Source of the DNA: Escherichia phage vB_EcoM-101112UKE3-1 | Sequence record: MZ234013.1 | Reading direction: 5' to 3' (one strand) | Length of the DNA stretch: 64,000 nucleotides | Shown here: positions 10,954 through 20,356 of the stretch, in pieces | Layout: every line of letters starts with the position of its first letter | Numbering within the stretch: the stretch's first letter is position 1 | Made by a program: the position numbers and the translations under genes | The notes under the pieces: generated by a model | Databases searched by the model: none | What the model was told of the DNA's origin: nothing | Seen by the model: only the letters and a program-made list of their open reading frames with translations

Positions 10954-11702
10954 TGATGTTTATCCTTCTCAATCAGTTTTAATACGAATCCGCGTTCGGC
11001 AGGAATCATTTTCATTATTGAATTTAAGCTATAATTACTTTTTACAAGCGTGTGATTAATTTGATAAAAAGTAAATATCTCATCTGGATTAACTAATAGC
11101 TTAAACACATCTACTATATCAGTGTATTTTTTAATGTACTTATCACAACACGACATGTGCAATGTTAAATTAATAGGATTCATTGCATCGAGAATTTTTT
11201 CTAATGTTTCTATCTCGATGGCGTCAACTAGTTCTATTTGACTGGACTCGCTAATTTCCTTCCAATCATACCATATTTCATCTACTTGAACAGAATGAAT
11301 ATTTTCAGTAATCATCTTTGCTTTATTTTCATAAAACTCAGAAGGAAACTTTAATTTAATTTTAACATTAGCTACATCAAAAACAGGTTCCTTTAATTCT
11401 TTTTGATATATTTCAAATGGAACTGTCTTTTCTTTTTTACATTTTGGACATACAAATGTGACCGGTACTTTAGTTTTACCTATTGAACCTACAAATACCT
11501 GCAAAAATATAAATGGTTGCCAAGTCTTTGGATAGTCTCCAAAATAATCAGCAATTAAATCAGCAATTACTTCTTTTTGTTCTTGTGGTGACCGATGTTC
11601 TATATCGTTTCGAACTAACAAAAAATCTCGATAATCTTCTACCGTAAATGGTTTAAAACGATGAACACCATCTGGTAATTTACAACGAATAATGTTTGCC
11701 AT
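10950..11702 (-). CDS. 51: baseplate hub assembly catalyst gp51
   Basis: 250 aa (T4 249); divergent from gene 26. Confidence 0.75.
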   Translation of the reverse strand: MANIIRCKLPDGVHRFKPFTVEDYRDFLLVRNDIEHRSPQEQKEVIADLIADYFGDYPKTWQPFIFLQVFVGSIGKTKVPVTFVCPKCKKEKTVPFEIYQKELKEPVFDVANVKIKLKFPSEFYENKAKMITENIHSVQVDEIWYDWKEISESSQIELVDAIEIETLEKILDAMNPINLTLHMSCCDKYIKKYTDIVDVFKLLVNPDEIFTFYQINHTLVKSNYSLNSIMKMIPAERGFVLKLIEKDKHQ

Positions 11703-11719
11703 AGATGCTCCTTTTATTC

Positions 11720-11727
11720 TATTTATA
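11720..11727 (-). promoter_or_regulatory. late promoter TATAAATA for gene 51
   Basis: Reverse complement of tatttata lies about 18 bp upstream of gene 51 start. Confidence 0.55.
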
Positions 11728-11731
11728 AATA
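11724..11731 (+). promoter_or_regulatory. late promoter TATAAATA for gene 26
   Basis: tataaata about 22 bp upstream of gene 26 start; overlaps the opposite-strand late promoter. Confidence 0.55.
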
Positions 11732-11752
11732 TGATAAATAAAGGAGCTAAAT

Positions 11753-12379
11753 ATGTATGAATACAAATTTGATGTGAGAGTTGGTTCTAAAATAATCAAC
11801 TGTCGCGCATTTACTCTTAAAGAATATCTAGAACTTATTACTGCTAAAAAGAATGGTTCAGTAGAAGAGATTGTTAAAAAGCTAATCAAAGACTGTACAA
11901 ATGCAAAAGATTTAAACCGCCAAGAATCAGAACTATTACTGATTCATTTATGGGCGCATTCTCTTGGAGAAGTTAATCACGAAAACTCCTGGAAGTGCAC
12001 CTGTGGAACTGAAATACCAACCCATATAAATCTATTACATACACAAATAGATGCACCAGAAGACCTCTGGTATACACTGGGTGACATTAAAATTAAATTC
12101 CATTACCCTAAAATTTTTGATGATAAAAATATAGCCCACATGATAATATCATGTATAGAAACGATTCATGCTAACGGTGAAAGCATTCCAGTTGAAGACT
12201 TAAATGAAAAAGAACTGGAAGATTTATATTCTATCATCACAGAGTCAGATATTGTAGCTATAAAAGATATGCTTTTAAAGCCTACTGTTTATTTGGCTGT
12301 TCCAATTAAATGTCCAGAGTGTGGAAAAACTCACGCTCATGTAATAAGAGGACTCAAAGAATTCTTTGAGCTATTGTAA
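11753..12379 (+). CDS. 26: baseplate hub subunit gp26
   Basis: 208 aa as T4 gp26; AGGAG RBS; synteny. Confidence 0.8.
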   Translation: MYEYKFDVRVGSKIINCRAFTLKEYLELITAKKNGSVEEIVKKLIKDCTNAKDLNRQESELLLIHLWAHSLGEVNHENSWKCTCGTEIPTHINLLHTQIDAPEDLWYTLGDIKIKFHYPKIFDDKNIAHMIISCIETIHANGESIPVEDLNEKELEDLYSIITESDIVAIKDMLLKPTVYLAVPIKCPECGKTHAHVIRGLKEFFELL

Positions 12380-12777
12380 TGGCAAATATTAATAAGCTTT
12401 ATTCTGATATTGACCCAGAGATGAAAATGGATTGGAACAAAGACGTTTCAAGATCACTTGGATTAAGGTCAATTAAAAATAGTCTTTTAGGAATTATTAC
12501 AACAAGAAAAGGTTCAAGACCGTTTGACCCTGAATTTGGATGTGATTTATCAGACCAACTTTTTGAGAATATGACTCCTCTTACTGCTGACACGGTTGAG
12601 CGTAATATCGAAAGCGCAGTAAGAAACTATGAGCCACGTATTGATAAATTAGCAGTTAATGTAATACCGGTTTATGATGATTATACTTTGATAGTAGAAA
12701 TACGCTTTTCAGTCATCGATAACCCTGATGATATTGAGCAGATAAAACTACAACTGGCTTCCAGTAATAGAGTATAA
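12379..12777 (+). CDS. 25: baseplate wedge subunit gp25
   Basis: 132 aa as T4 gp25; synteny. Confidence 0.85.
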   Translation: MANINKLYSDIDPEMKMDWNKDVSRSLGLRSIKNSLLGIITTRKGSRPFDPEFGCDLSDQLFENMTPLTADTVERNIESAVRNYEPRIDKLAVNVIPVYDDYTLIVEIRFSVIDNPDDIEQIKLQLASSNRV

Positions 12778-12843
12778 TGCTTCACGTATAAACGTGGTAT
12801 AATGAATCTAAGTCCATCCAATAACAATTGAATAGAGAACAAT

Positions 12844-13257
12844 ATGAGATTAGAAGATCTTCAAGAAGAATTGAAGAAAGATGTATTTATAGATTCGACT
12901 AAATTACAGTATGAAGCAGCTAATAATGTGATGTTATATAGTAAATGGCTTAATAAGCATTCAAGTATTAAAAAGGAAATGCTTAGAATTGATGCACAGA
13001 AAAAAGTTGCTCTTAAAGCTAAATTAGACTACTACTCGGGACGAGGAGATGGTGATGAATTTAGTATGGATCGTTACGAGAAATCAGAAATGAAGACAGT
13101 TCTATCAGCTGATAAGGATGTTTTAAAGGTTGATACCTCGTTACAGTATTGGGGGATTTTATTAGATTTCTGTAGCGGAGCTCTTGATGCTATTAAATCA
13201 CGTGGATTTGCTATTAAGCATATTCAAGACATGCGAGCATTTGAGGCTGGAAAATAA
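12844..13257 (+). CDS. uvsY: recombination mediator protein UvsY
   Basis: 137 aa as T4 UvsY; position between gene 25 and uvsW. Confidence 0.85.
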   Translation: MRLEDLQEELKKDVFIDSTKLQYEAANNVMLYSKWLNKHSSIKKEMLRIDAQKKVALKAKLDYYSGRGDGDEFSMDRYEKSEMKTVLSADKDVLKVDTSLQYWGILLDFCSGALDAIKSRGFAIKHIQDMRAFEAGK

Positions 13258-13481
13258 TGAGATATAGCATTGATGATGCTTTTAATTATGAAGAAGAATT
13301 TGAAACGGAAATTCAATTCTTAATGAAAAAGCATAATCTTAAGCGTCAGGATATTCGTATCCTGGCCGACCACCCGTGCGGTGAAGATGTTCTTTATATT
13401 AAAGGAAAATTTGCCGGATATCTTGATGAATATTTTTATTCTAAAGATATGGGCATTGATATGCATATGAGAGTTGTATAA
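13257..13481 (+). CDS. hypothetical protein (uvsY.-1-like, 74 aa)
   Basis: ATGA-type start overlap with uvsY stop. Confidence 0.5.
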   Translation: MRYSIDDAFNYEEEFETEIQFLMKKHNLKRQDIRILADHPCGEDVLYIKGKFAGYLDEYFYSKDMGIDMHMRVV

Positions 13482-13509
13482 ATAGATATATAATTCAGAG
13501 GAGACAATC

Positions 13510-13677
13510 ATGTCAGATAAGATTTGTGTTGTCTGTAAAACTCCAATCGATTCTGCATTGGTTGTTGAAACAGACAAAGGTCCTGTACATCCTGGGCCTT
13601 GCTATAATTACATTAAAGAACTACCAGTTTCAGAAAGTTCGGAAGAACAATTAAATGAAACGCAACTTTTGCTATAG
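13510..13677 (+). CDS. small Cys-containing hypothetical protein (55 aa; not in the supplied ORF track)
   Basis: ATG with AGGAG RBS (cagaggagacaatcATG); CVVC...C motif; reading frame traced by hand. Confidence 0.4.
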   Translation: MSDKICVVCKTPIDSALVVETDKGPVHPGPCYNYIKELPVSESSEEQLNETQLLL

Positions 13678-13699
13678 TGTGACCTTTAGTCTATAGTTT

Positions 13700-13729
13700 T
13701 GGCCCTTCCTTTTTGGTTGGGCCTTTTTT
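13700..13729. terminator. terminator-like hairpin between convergent genes
   Basis: ggccc...gggcc stem followed by TTTTTT. Confidence 0.4.
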
Positions 13730-13732
13730 AAT

Positions 13733-13975
13733 TTAAAAGCTTTCTTCTACTTCATCGTCTGAATCTTCTAATTCAGCTCTTTTTCCTGCCAAAGCATCTC
13801 TGACTGAGATGTCATCAGTATCTTTTAATTCAGTTTCTTTAACTCTTTTCTTATAATAAGCTTCAAGTTCTTCTAAACCTTCTAATGTTTGACAAGAGGC
13901 AATTTTACCCATAAATTCATCAATAGAAGCTTCATAAAGAAATTGTTTAAATTCTAGTAACATCTTTTTCTCCAA
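13733..13975 (-). CDS. uvsW.1: UvsW.1-like small acidic protein
   Basis: 80 aa directly downstream of uvsW, as in T4 uvsW/uvsW.1 arrangement. Confidence 0.6.
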   Translation of the reverse strand: MEKKMLLEFKQFLYEASIDEFMGKIASCQTLEGLEELEAYYKKRVKETELKDTDDISVRDALAGKRAELEDSDDEVEESF

Positions 13976-13988
13976 AGGGCCGAAGCCC

Positions 13989-15500
13989 TTATAAATTAAC
14001 TGTTTTCATTACGTAATTAAATTTTTCATCTGCGTAGCGCTGAATACGATCAATGCCGTGTTTTAAAAGATAGTTCAAATGAACGTATTTCTTTTTCGTA
14101 TTAGCAGATTTTGGCTTAACGCCACAATCATCTATGAGGTCCCAGACGGTTGCTATTGTCTTAGAACCATGCTTACGTAATACACGACCGATTGTTTGTA
14201 ATACAATGATTTTTGATTTAACACCGTGTGCTAAAACAACGTGATGCAGATTTTTAACTGAAATACCAGTAGAAAATACACCATAACTAGCTACTATAAT
14301 TATTCCTTTACCGTTTTCAGCTAAGGTTTTCATTATATTGCGGGTTTCGGTATCAACTTCCCCTGATACGTAATAAACTTTATCGTATTCATTTTTAATT
14401 AAATCGAAAATAGCTTTACCATGCGATACGTGTTTAAACATGACAAAAGCGTTTTCATCTTTTTGTGCAAGCTTAATAGCTAATTTAGCGATCCATTTAT
14501 TTCTTTTACTAAGCCCAGTAATAATTTTTATTTCTTCTTGGTAAGTTTTTCCCTTTAATTTAGTAGTGAACTCATCGGGATAGCGAAGAAAAATACTATT
14601 AATTTTTAACTCAGTTACTTGTCCATCTTCCATTAATTTAGAGGTCGTTACTGGCTTAAATATTTCACCAAACATTCCAACATACTGCATGATATTGGCT
14701 TTGCCATCACGTAATGAACCAGACAAACCGAATTTGAACATGCAGTTATTTAAACCTGATATGATAGATGAAATACTTTTTCCTGTAGCAAGATGACATT
14801 CATCATTCATCATCATTCCAAACTGTGAGAACCATTCTTTCGGTTGTTTTACTACAGTTTGCCATGTACCAACAACGACCGGTGCATCATTTTTATATTT
14901 ATCATCTTTTGATGCTCCACCACCGATTTTCTTTATCATTGCATGACTGAATAAACGATAGTCAACAAAGTCATCAGCCATCTGAGTTGTCAGAGCAGTT
15001 GTTGGAACAATAATAAGAATTTTGCCTTCATAATTTTCCAAATAATACCGAGCAAGCAAAGCTTGAATTAAAGATTTACCTGCGGATGTTGGAAGATTAA
15101 GAATTCTACGACGATTAACTAATCCTTCGAACACTGCATCTTTTTGATACCAATGCGGTTCAATTCTTTTATTTCCTGAATAGATTTCTAATTTAGAAAG
15201 CCATTCATCAAAATCTTTTCTTGATAATTCTTCTTTTTCGTTAATCTGTGGGTCAATCCAGGCTTTATAGCCAAAGTTATCGCAGAACTTTTTAATTTGC
15301 CCGACTAAACCGAATGGAAGAAGGCGATTATAATCTAAAAGACGAATTCGTCCATCCCAGTGGCCATATCTGTACTTCGGATTAAAACGATACCCATCAG
15401 CTTCAAAGCTAAAGAAATCACGGAGTTCATGAAATGTACTTTCTTCACAATCAATTCTCACGTGACTAAAATCATAAAAATGTACTTTAATGTCAGTCAT
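13989..15500 (-). CDS. uvsW: UvsW DNA/RNA helicase (SF2)
   Basis: 503 aa; Walker A PTSAGKS and DECH box present in translation. Confidence 0.85.
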   Translation of the reverse strand: MTDIKVHFYDFSHVRIDCEESTFHELRDFFSFEADGYRFNPKYRYGHWDGRIRLLDYNRLLPFGLVGQIKKFCDNFGYKAWIDPQINEKEELSRKDFDEWLSKLEIYSGNKRIEPHWYQKDAVFEGLVNRRRILNLPTSAGKSLIQALLARYYLENYEGKILIIVPTTALTTQMADDFVDYRLFSHAMIKKIGGGASKDDKYKNDAPVVVGTWQTVVKQPKEWFSQFGMMMNDECHLATGKSISSIISGLNNCMFKFGLSGSLRDGKANIMQYVGMFGEIFKPVTTSKLMEDGQVTELKINSIFLRYPDEFTTKLKGKTYQEEIKIITGLSKRNKWIAKLAIKLAQKDENAFVMFKHVSHGKAIFDLIKNEYDKVYYVSGEVDTETRNIMKTLAENGKGIIIVASYGVFSTGISVKNLHHVVLAHGVKSKIIVLQTIGRVLRKHGSKTIATVWDLIDDCGVKPKSANTKKKYVHLNYLLKHGIDRIQRYADEKFNYVMKTVNL

Positions 15501-15529
15501 GTCTAAATACCATGTAATAAATATATCTA

Positions 15530-15537
15530 TATTTATA
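15530..15537 (-). promoter_or_regulatory. late promoter TATAAATA for uvsW
   Basis: Reverse complement of tatttata about 30 bp upstream of uvsW start. Confidence 0.5.
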
Positions 15538-15550
15538 CTGAGGAAATATT

Positions 15551-16231
15551 ATGATAGATAAAGATTATATTGCAGAGCTGAAGGCTCTTGATGATAATAA
15601 AGAAGCTAAAGCTAAATTAGCTGAATATGCTGAACAGTTTGGTATAAAGGTCAAAAAGAATAAATCTTTTGATAATATCGTTAATGATATTGAAGAAGCT
15701 CTCCAGAAGCTCGCTAGTGAACCTATGCCAGAGACTGATGGGTTATCTATTAAAGACTTAATTGATGCTGCTGATGCCGCAGACGGATTAAAATATGACG
15801 ATGAAGAAGTCAATCCAGAGGCAGCACTTCTGATTGATTCTCCGGTTAAATCTGACATTAAAATTGAAGTAGTAGAAACGGATAAAATTCCTGAAAATAC
15901 CACTGTTTTAATTGAAGATACTCCTTTTGTTGAAGAAAAATTCGAACAGGCTGTAGCTGAGATTATTGAATCTGAAAAGCCGTCTGTATTTACTCTTCCG
16001 GAAAACTTTAGTCCGAATCTTCAGCTGATTGGAAAAAATCCAGGATTCTGCACTGTTCCTTGGTGGATTTATCAATGGATTGCTGAAACCCCAGATTGGA
16101 AATCTCACCCAACTAGTTTTGAACATGCGTCGGCACACCAAACTTTATTTAGCTTAATTTACTACATTAATCGTGACGGATCAGTTCTAATTCGTGAAAC
16201 ACGTAATTCTTCTTTCGTAACATTAAAATAA
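15551..16231 (+). CDS. inh: Inh, inhibitor of prohead protease (capsid-associated)
   Basis: 226 aa as T4 Inh; located immediately upstream of hoc. Confidence 0.7.
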   Translation: MIDKDYIAELKALDDNKEAKAKLAEYAEQFGIKVKKNKSFDNIVNDIEEALQKLASEPMPETDGLSIKDLIDAADAADGLKYDDEEVNPEAALLIDSPVKSDIKIEVVETDKIPENTTVLIEDTPFVEEKFEQAVAEIIESEKPSVFTLPENFSPNLQLIGKNPGFCTVPWWIYQWIAETPDWKSHPTSFEHASAHQTLFSLIYYINRDGSVLIRETRNSSFVTLK

Positions 16232-16240
16232 GGATAACTT

Positions 16241-17371
16241 ATGACTTTTACAGTTGATATAACTCCTAAAACACCTACTGGAGTTATAGATCAGACTCAG
16301 CAGTTTACTGCTACACCCAGTGGTCAAACTGGAGATGGACCTATTACATATGCTTGGACTGTAGACGACGCTCCACAGGAAGAAACGTCAGCAACTTTTA
16401 GTTATGTACTAAAAGGACCTGCCGGTCAAAAGACTATTAAAGTAGTTGCAACCAATCAAGTTGCAGAATCTGAACCTGAAACAGCAGAAATTAGTACAAC
16501 TATCACAGTTCAAAATAAGACACAAACAACTACTTTAGCTGTAACTCCTGGTAGCCCTGATGCTGGAGTGATTGGAACTCCAATTGAATTTACCGCTGCC
16601 TTAGCTTCACAGCCATCAGGTGCAAACGCTACGTATCAATGGCACGTTGACGGTTCTCCTGTAGACGAAGCAACTGACGCTACATTCAATTACACTCCTG
16701 ACACAAGCGGAGTTAAAAAAATCAAGTGTGTAGCTCAAGTAACTGCGGCAGATTATGATGCACTAAGCGTTACTTCTAATGAAGTATCATTGACTGTTAA
16801 TAAGAAAACAATGAATCCACAGGTTACATTGACTCCTCCTTCTATTAACGTTCAGCAAGATGCTTCGGCTACATTTACGGCTAATGTTACGGGTGCTCCA
16901 GAAGAAGCACAAATTACTTACTCATGGAAGAAAGATTCTTCTCCTGTAGAAGGGTCAACTAACGTATATACTGTCGATACCTCATCTGTTGGAAGTCAAA
17001 CTATTGAAGTTACTGCTGTCGTTACTGCAACTGATTACGATAGCAAAACTATTACAGCAGAAGGTCAAGTTCAGGTAACTGATAAAGTTGCTCCAGAACC
17101 AGAAGGTGAATTGCCTTATGTTCATCCTCTTCCACATCGTACTTCAGCTTATATCTGGTGCGGTTGGTGGGTTATGGATGAAATCCAAAAAATGACCGAA
17201 GAAGGTAAAGATTGGAAAACTGAAGATCCAGACAGTAAATACTACCTGCATCGTTACACTCTTCAGAAGATGATGAAAGACTATCCAGAAGTTGATGTTC
17301 AAGAATCACGCAATGGATACATCATTCATAAAACTGCTTTAGAAACTGGTATCATCTATACCTATCCATAA
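16241..17371 (+). CDS. hoc: Hoc, highly immunogenic outer capsid protein
   Basis: 376 aa as T4 Hoc; three internally repeated Ig-like segments (TYAWTVDD..., TYQWHVDG..., TYSWKKDS...). Confidence 0.85.
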   Translation: MTFTVDITPKTPTGVIDQTQQFTATPSGQTGDGPITYAWTVDDAPQEETSATFSYVLKGPAGQKTIKVVATNQVAESEPETAEISTTITVQNKTQTTTLAVTPGSPDAGVIGTPIEFTAALASQPSGANATYQWHVDGSPVDEATDATFNYTPDTSGVKKIKCVAQVTAADYDALSVTSNEVSLTVNKKTMNPQVTLTPPSINVQQDASATFTANVTGAPEEAQITYSWKKDSSPVEGSTNVYTVDTSSVGSQTIEVTAVVTATDYDSKTITAEGQVQVTDKVAPEPEGELPYVHPLPHRTSAYIWCGWWVMDEIQKMTEEGKDWKTEDPDSKYYLHRYTLQKMMKDYPEVDVQESRNGYIIHKTALETGIIYTYP

Positions 17372-17381
17372 TCATAATCAT

Positions 17382-17410
17382 AAGGGGCTTCGGCCCCTTT
17401 CTTCATTTTG
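17382..17410 (+). terminator. rho-independent terminator (aaggggcttcggcccctt + T-rich)
   Basis: Perfect GC stem with TTCG loop and downstream T-rich tract after hoc. Confidence 0.6.
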
Positions 17411-17466
17411 AAAGCACACAAAACATACTCAGAAAATGATGTATATAATGGCATCAACTCGATAAC

Positions 17467-17664
17467 ATGAGATTGATTATGAGAACTGAGGTTGTGGTGT
17501 TTACTCTTCATGAGTCTGGAAAGTCATTCATTGAAATTGCTCGTGAATTAAACTTACAGGCGAAAGAAGTGGCTGTATTATGGGCTCGAGCTATGACTGC
17601 TAAGAATAAATTTGAAACTCGAGAAAAAGTTGTCTATAGAAAAAGACATATTAATAAAAGGTGA
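17467..17664 (+). CDS. small putative helix-turn-helix protein (65 aa; start may be the second ATG at 17479)
   Basis: Segment SFIEIARELNLQAKEVAVLWARAM looks HTH-like; position between hoc and rnlB. Confidence 0.45.
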   Translation: MRLIMRTEVVVFTLHESGKSFIEIARELNLQAKEVAVLWARAMTAKNKFETREKVVYRKRHINKR

Positions 17665-17667
17665 AAA

Positions 17668-17946
17668 ATGGAACAGTATGATCTTTATGAAAATGAATCT
17701 TTTGCTAATCGATTACGCGAAAAAGCACTTAAAAGTAAACAGTTTAAGCTAGAGTGTTTTATTAAAGATTTTTCGGAACTTGCTAATAAAGCAGCTGAAC
17801 AAGGTAAAACATATTTTAGTTATTATTGTACTGCTCGCGATAAATTGATTACTGAAGAAATTGGTGATTGGCTGAGAAAAGAAGGATTTAGCTTTAAAGT
17901 CAATAGTGATCAGCGTGATGGTGATTGGTTAGAAATTACATTTTGA
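17668..17946 (+). CDS. hypothetical protein (92 aa)
   Basis: ORF with GGTG RBS region; position between hoc and rnlB. Confidence 0.5.
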   Translation: MEQYDLYENESFANRLREKALKSKQFKLECFIKDFSELANKAAEQGKTYFSYYCTARDKLITEEIGDWLRKEGFSFKVNSDQRDGDWLEITF

Positions 17947-17955
17947 GGATTAATT

Positions 17956-18960
17956 ATGTTTAAAAAGTATAGCAGTCTTGAAAATCATTACAACTCTAAA
18001 TTTATTGAAAAACTTTATAGCTTGGGATTGACTGGTGGGGAGTGGGTAGCTCGTGAAAAGATTCACGGCACAAATTTCTCATTGATTATTGAGCGTGATA
18101 AAGTAACTTGCGCTAAACGCACTGGTCCTATTCTTCCTGCTGAAGATTTCTTTGGGTATGAAATTATTTTGAAGAATTACTCTGATTCCATTAAAGCAGT
18201 ACAAGATATTATGGAAACTTCAGCGGTTGTATCTTATCAAGTTTTTGGCGAATTCGCTGGACCTGGCATTCAGAAGAATGTCGATTATGGCGATAAAGAT
18301 TTTTATGTATTTGACATTATTGTTACTACAGAAAGTGGTGATGTGACTTATGTCGATGATTATATGATGGAATCATTTTGTAATACATTTAAATTTAAAA
18401 TGGCTCCACTTTTAGGTCGCGGTAAATTTGAAGAACTTATTAAATTGCCAAATGATTTAGATTCTGTCGTCCAGGATTATAATTTTACGGTAGACCATGC
18501 TGGATTAGTTGATGCAAATAAATGCGTTTGGAATGCTGAAGTAAAAGGCGAAGTATTTACCGCTGAAGGATATGTATTGAAACCTTGTTATCCTTCTTGG
18601 ATGCCTAATGGCAATCGCGTAGCTATCAAATGCAAGAACTCTAAATTTAGTGAAAAGAAAAGGTCTGATAAGCCTATTAAAGCTAAAGTTGAACTGTCAG
18701 AAGCTGATAACAAATTGGTTGGAATTTTAGCTTGTTACGTTACACTGAACCGAGTAAATAACGTTATTTCTAAAATTGGTGAAATTGGTCCAAAAGATTT
18801 TGGAAAGGTGATGGGGCTAACTGTTCAAGATATTTTGGAAGAAACTTCTCGTGAAGGTATTACTCTAACTCAAGCGGATAATCCTTCTTTGATTAAGAAG
18901 GAATTAGTTAAAATGGTACAAGATGTACTTCGTCCGGCTTGGATTGAATTGGTAAGTTAA
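17956..18960 (+). CDS. rnlB: RNA ligase 2
   Basis: 334 aa as T4 Rnl2; nucleotidyltransferase motif I KIHGTN near N-terminus. Confidence 0.85.
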   Translation: MFKKYSSLENHYNSKFIEKLYSLGLTGGEWVAREKIHGTNFSLIIERDKVTCAKRTGPILPAEDFFGYEIILKNYSDSIKAVQDIMETSAVVSYQVFGEFAGPGIQKNVDYGDKDFYVFDIIVTTESGDVTYVDDYMMESFCNTFKFKMAPLLGRGKFEELIKLPNDLDSVVQDYNFTVDHAGLVDANKCVWNAEVKGEVFTAEGYVLKPCYPSWMPNGNRVAIKCKNSKFSEKKRSDKPIKAKVELSEADNKLVGILACYVTLNRVNNVISKIGEIGPKDFGKVMGLTVQDILEETSREGITLTQADNPSLIKKELVKMVQDVLRPAWIELVS

Positions 18961-18963
18961 ATA

Positions 18964-18991
18964 AAAAGGGACCTTTCGGTCCCTTTGTTTT
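18964..18991. terminator. bidirectional terminator hairpin (aaagggacctttcggtcccttt)
   Basis: GC stem with A-run upstream and T-run downstream, between convergent rnlB and gene 24. Confidence 0.6.
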
Positions 18992-20273
18992 ATTCATCAA
19001 TGATAATTTTTGGTAGCTTAACACCTAATAAAACAGACAAATCTGAACGACCCGCCATTTTATCCATATCTCCACCATCAATTACTCTTGCTTCTTTTTC
19101 ATCTTTTGCTACAGTGTAAGGATTTGCAGATAAAGCATATCTAACTAATAAACCGATAGATGGCTGCAAACTTTCTGGATCAACTACAACTTTAAATGCA
19201 CCTACATGTTCAGGGTCATCTAAGTCAAGACCTTCTGTATACGGAGCATAGAAAATTGATCCAACAATTTCTTTTTCACCAATATTTTCTACTACGCCAA
19301 CGATTACATAATCTAATGGACTGTTGGTATCGCAATAAAGCGGTAAACCATTAGCTAAGAACCCGTAGGCATTTTGTGAAAGATATTTATCATCTTCTGG
19401 TTTATGTTTTAACCAACCTGATGCAGCAAGAATCGCAGCGGCACGAGCTGAAGCAACACAGAACGTTGCTGTATAAGTTGATTCTTTTTGGATATGCGAA
19501 ACCATTTCACATACCATTCGGTATAATGAACGACCAGCTTCAGGTGCAGATGCATAACTCAAATCGATGAATCCAGTATCAGTAATTCCTGTAACTTTAT
19601 AGCGTTTTGACACTGTAATCAAAGACTGCAGAATATCTTTATTGATTTCATCTGCCATTTCAGTTGCAAGCAAATCTTCCAAGAAATTAGGAGCATCGAA
19701 TCCATTTGCTTCTAAATCTTGTGCTAATTCAACTGTGATACCAGTTTTAAGTTTACGAGATTTAACTGCGGTTTGCCATTTATTAATCTGGAATCTAGCA
19801 TCCGCAATTTCACTATCAGAGCTTTCAAATTTGCTTGTTGACGCTGCGTCAGAAAATAGACGAACCTTTAAAAGAACAATTGCAATCTGAAGAGCTAATT
19901 CTAAATCGCTTTCTTCAATATCAGCAAATGGTGTATCTTCTAATACTTTATAAACGATATTATTATATTTGAATAAATCGCCCTTATTGAGAGTTAATTT
20001 AGACTCTTCTGTTAATTCTGTGATTTGTTCTCGGTCTACATATCCAGCTTCGCCAGCATAAGTAGCACCAGTTTTAAATGTAAATTCATTGTCTGGGTTA
20101 AGGTATTTGATACCATAAAAAGCAGCAACAGGTTGATTAGTTCTTTGCGTTGCTACAATGTCAGAATATATTAATTTAGTGGTAGCGCGAGTCAAAGCAA
20201 CGAGATTTGGGCGACCGATTGAGTTGCTATTCGTTGTGGTTGATTCGCGCAGAAGTTCGTTGATTTTAGCCAT
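18990..20273 (-). CDS. 24: head vertex protein gp24
   Basis: 427 aa as T4 gp24; recognisably related to gp23 core fold; synteny. Confidence 0.85.
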   Translation of the reverse strand: MAKINELLRESTTTNSNSIGRPNLVALTRATTKLIYSDIVATQRTNQPVAAFYGIKYLNPDNEFTFKTGATYAGEAGYVDREQITELTEESKLTLNKGDLFKYNNIVYKVLEDTPFADIEESDLELALQIAIVLLKVRLFSDAASTSKFESSDSEIADARFQINKWQTAVKSRKLKTGITVELAQDLEANGFDAPNFLEDLLATEMADEINKDILQSLITVSKRYKVTGITDTGFIDLSYASAPEAGRSLYRMVCEMVSHIQKESTYTATFCVASARAAAILAASGWLKHKPEDDKYLSQNAYGFLANGLPLYCDTNSPLDYVIVGVVENIGEKEIVGSIFYAPYTEGLDLDDPEHVGAFKVVVDPESLQPSIGLLVRYALSANPYTVAKDEKEARVIDGGDMDKMAGRSDLSVLLGVKLPKIIIDE

Positions 20274-20300
20274 TGCGCTTTCCTTTTGGTTTATATGATT

Positions 20301-20308
20301 TATTTATA
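20301..20308 (-). promoter_or_regulatory. late promoter TATAAATA for gene 24
   Basis: Reverse complement of tatttata about 28 bp upstream of gene 24 start. Confidence 0.55.
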
Positions 20309-20310
20309 CC

Positions 20311-20342
20311 ATAAAAACAACTAAAGGGACCCGAAGGTCCCT
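20311..20342 (-). terminator. terminator downstream of gene 23 (agggaccttcgggtccct + T-run on - strand)
   Basis: GC hairpin with TTCG-type loop followed by T-rich tract when read on the - strand. Confidence 0.5.
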
Positions 20343-20356
20343 TAAATCGTCAAAGA

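Noticed and set aside
15565-16141. Antisense ORFs 15565..15903 and 15908..16141 within inh
   Set aside because: Fully overlapped by the inh frame, which fits T4 synteny and size; antisense frames are low complexity.
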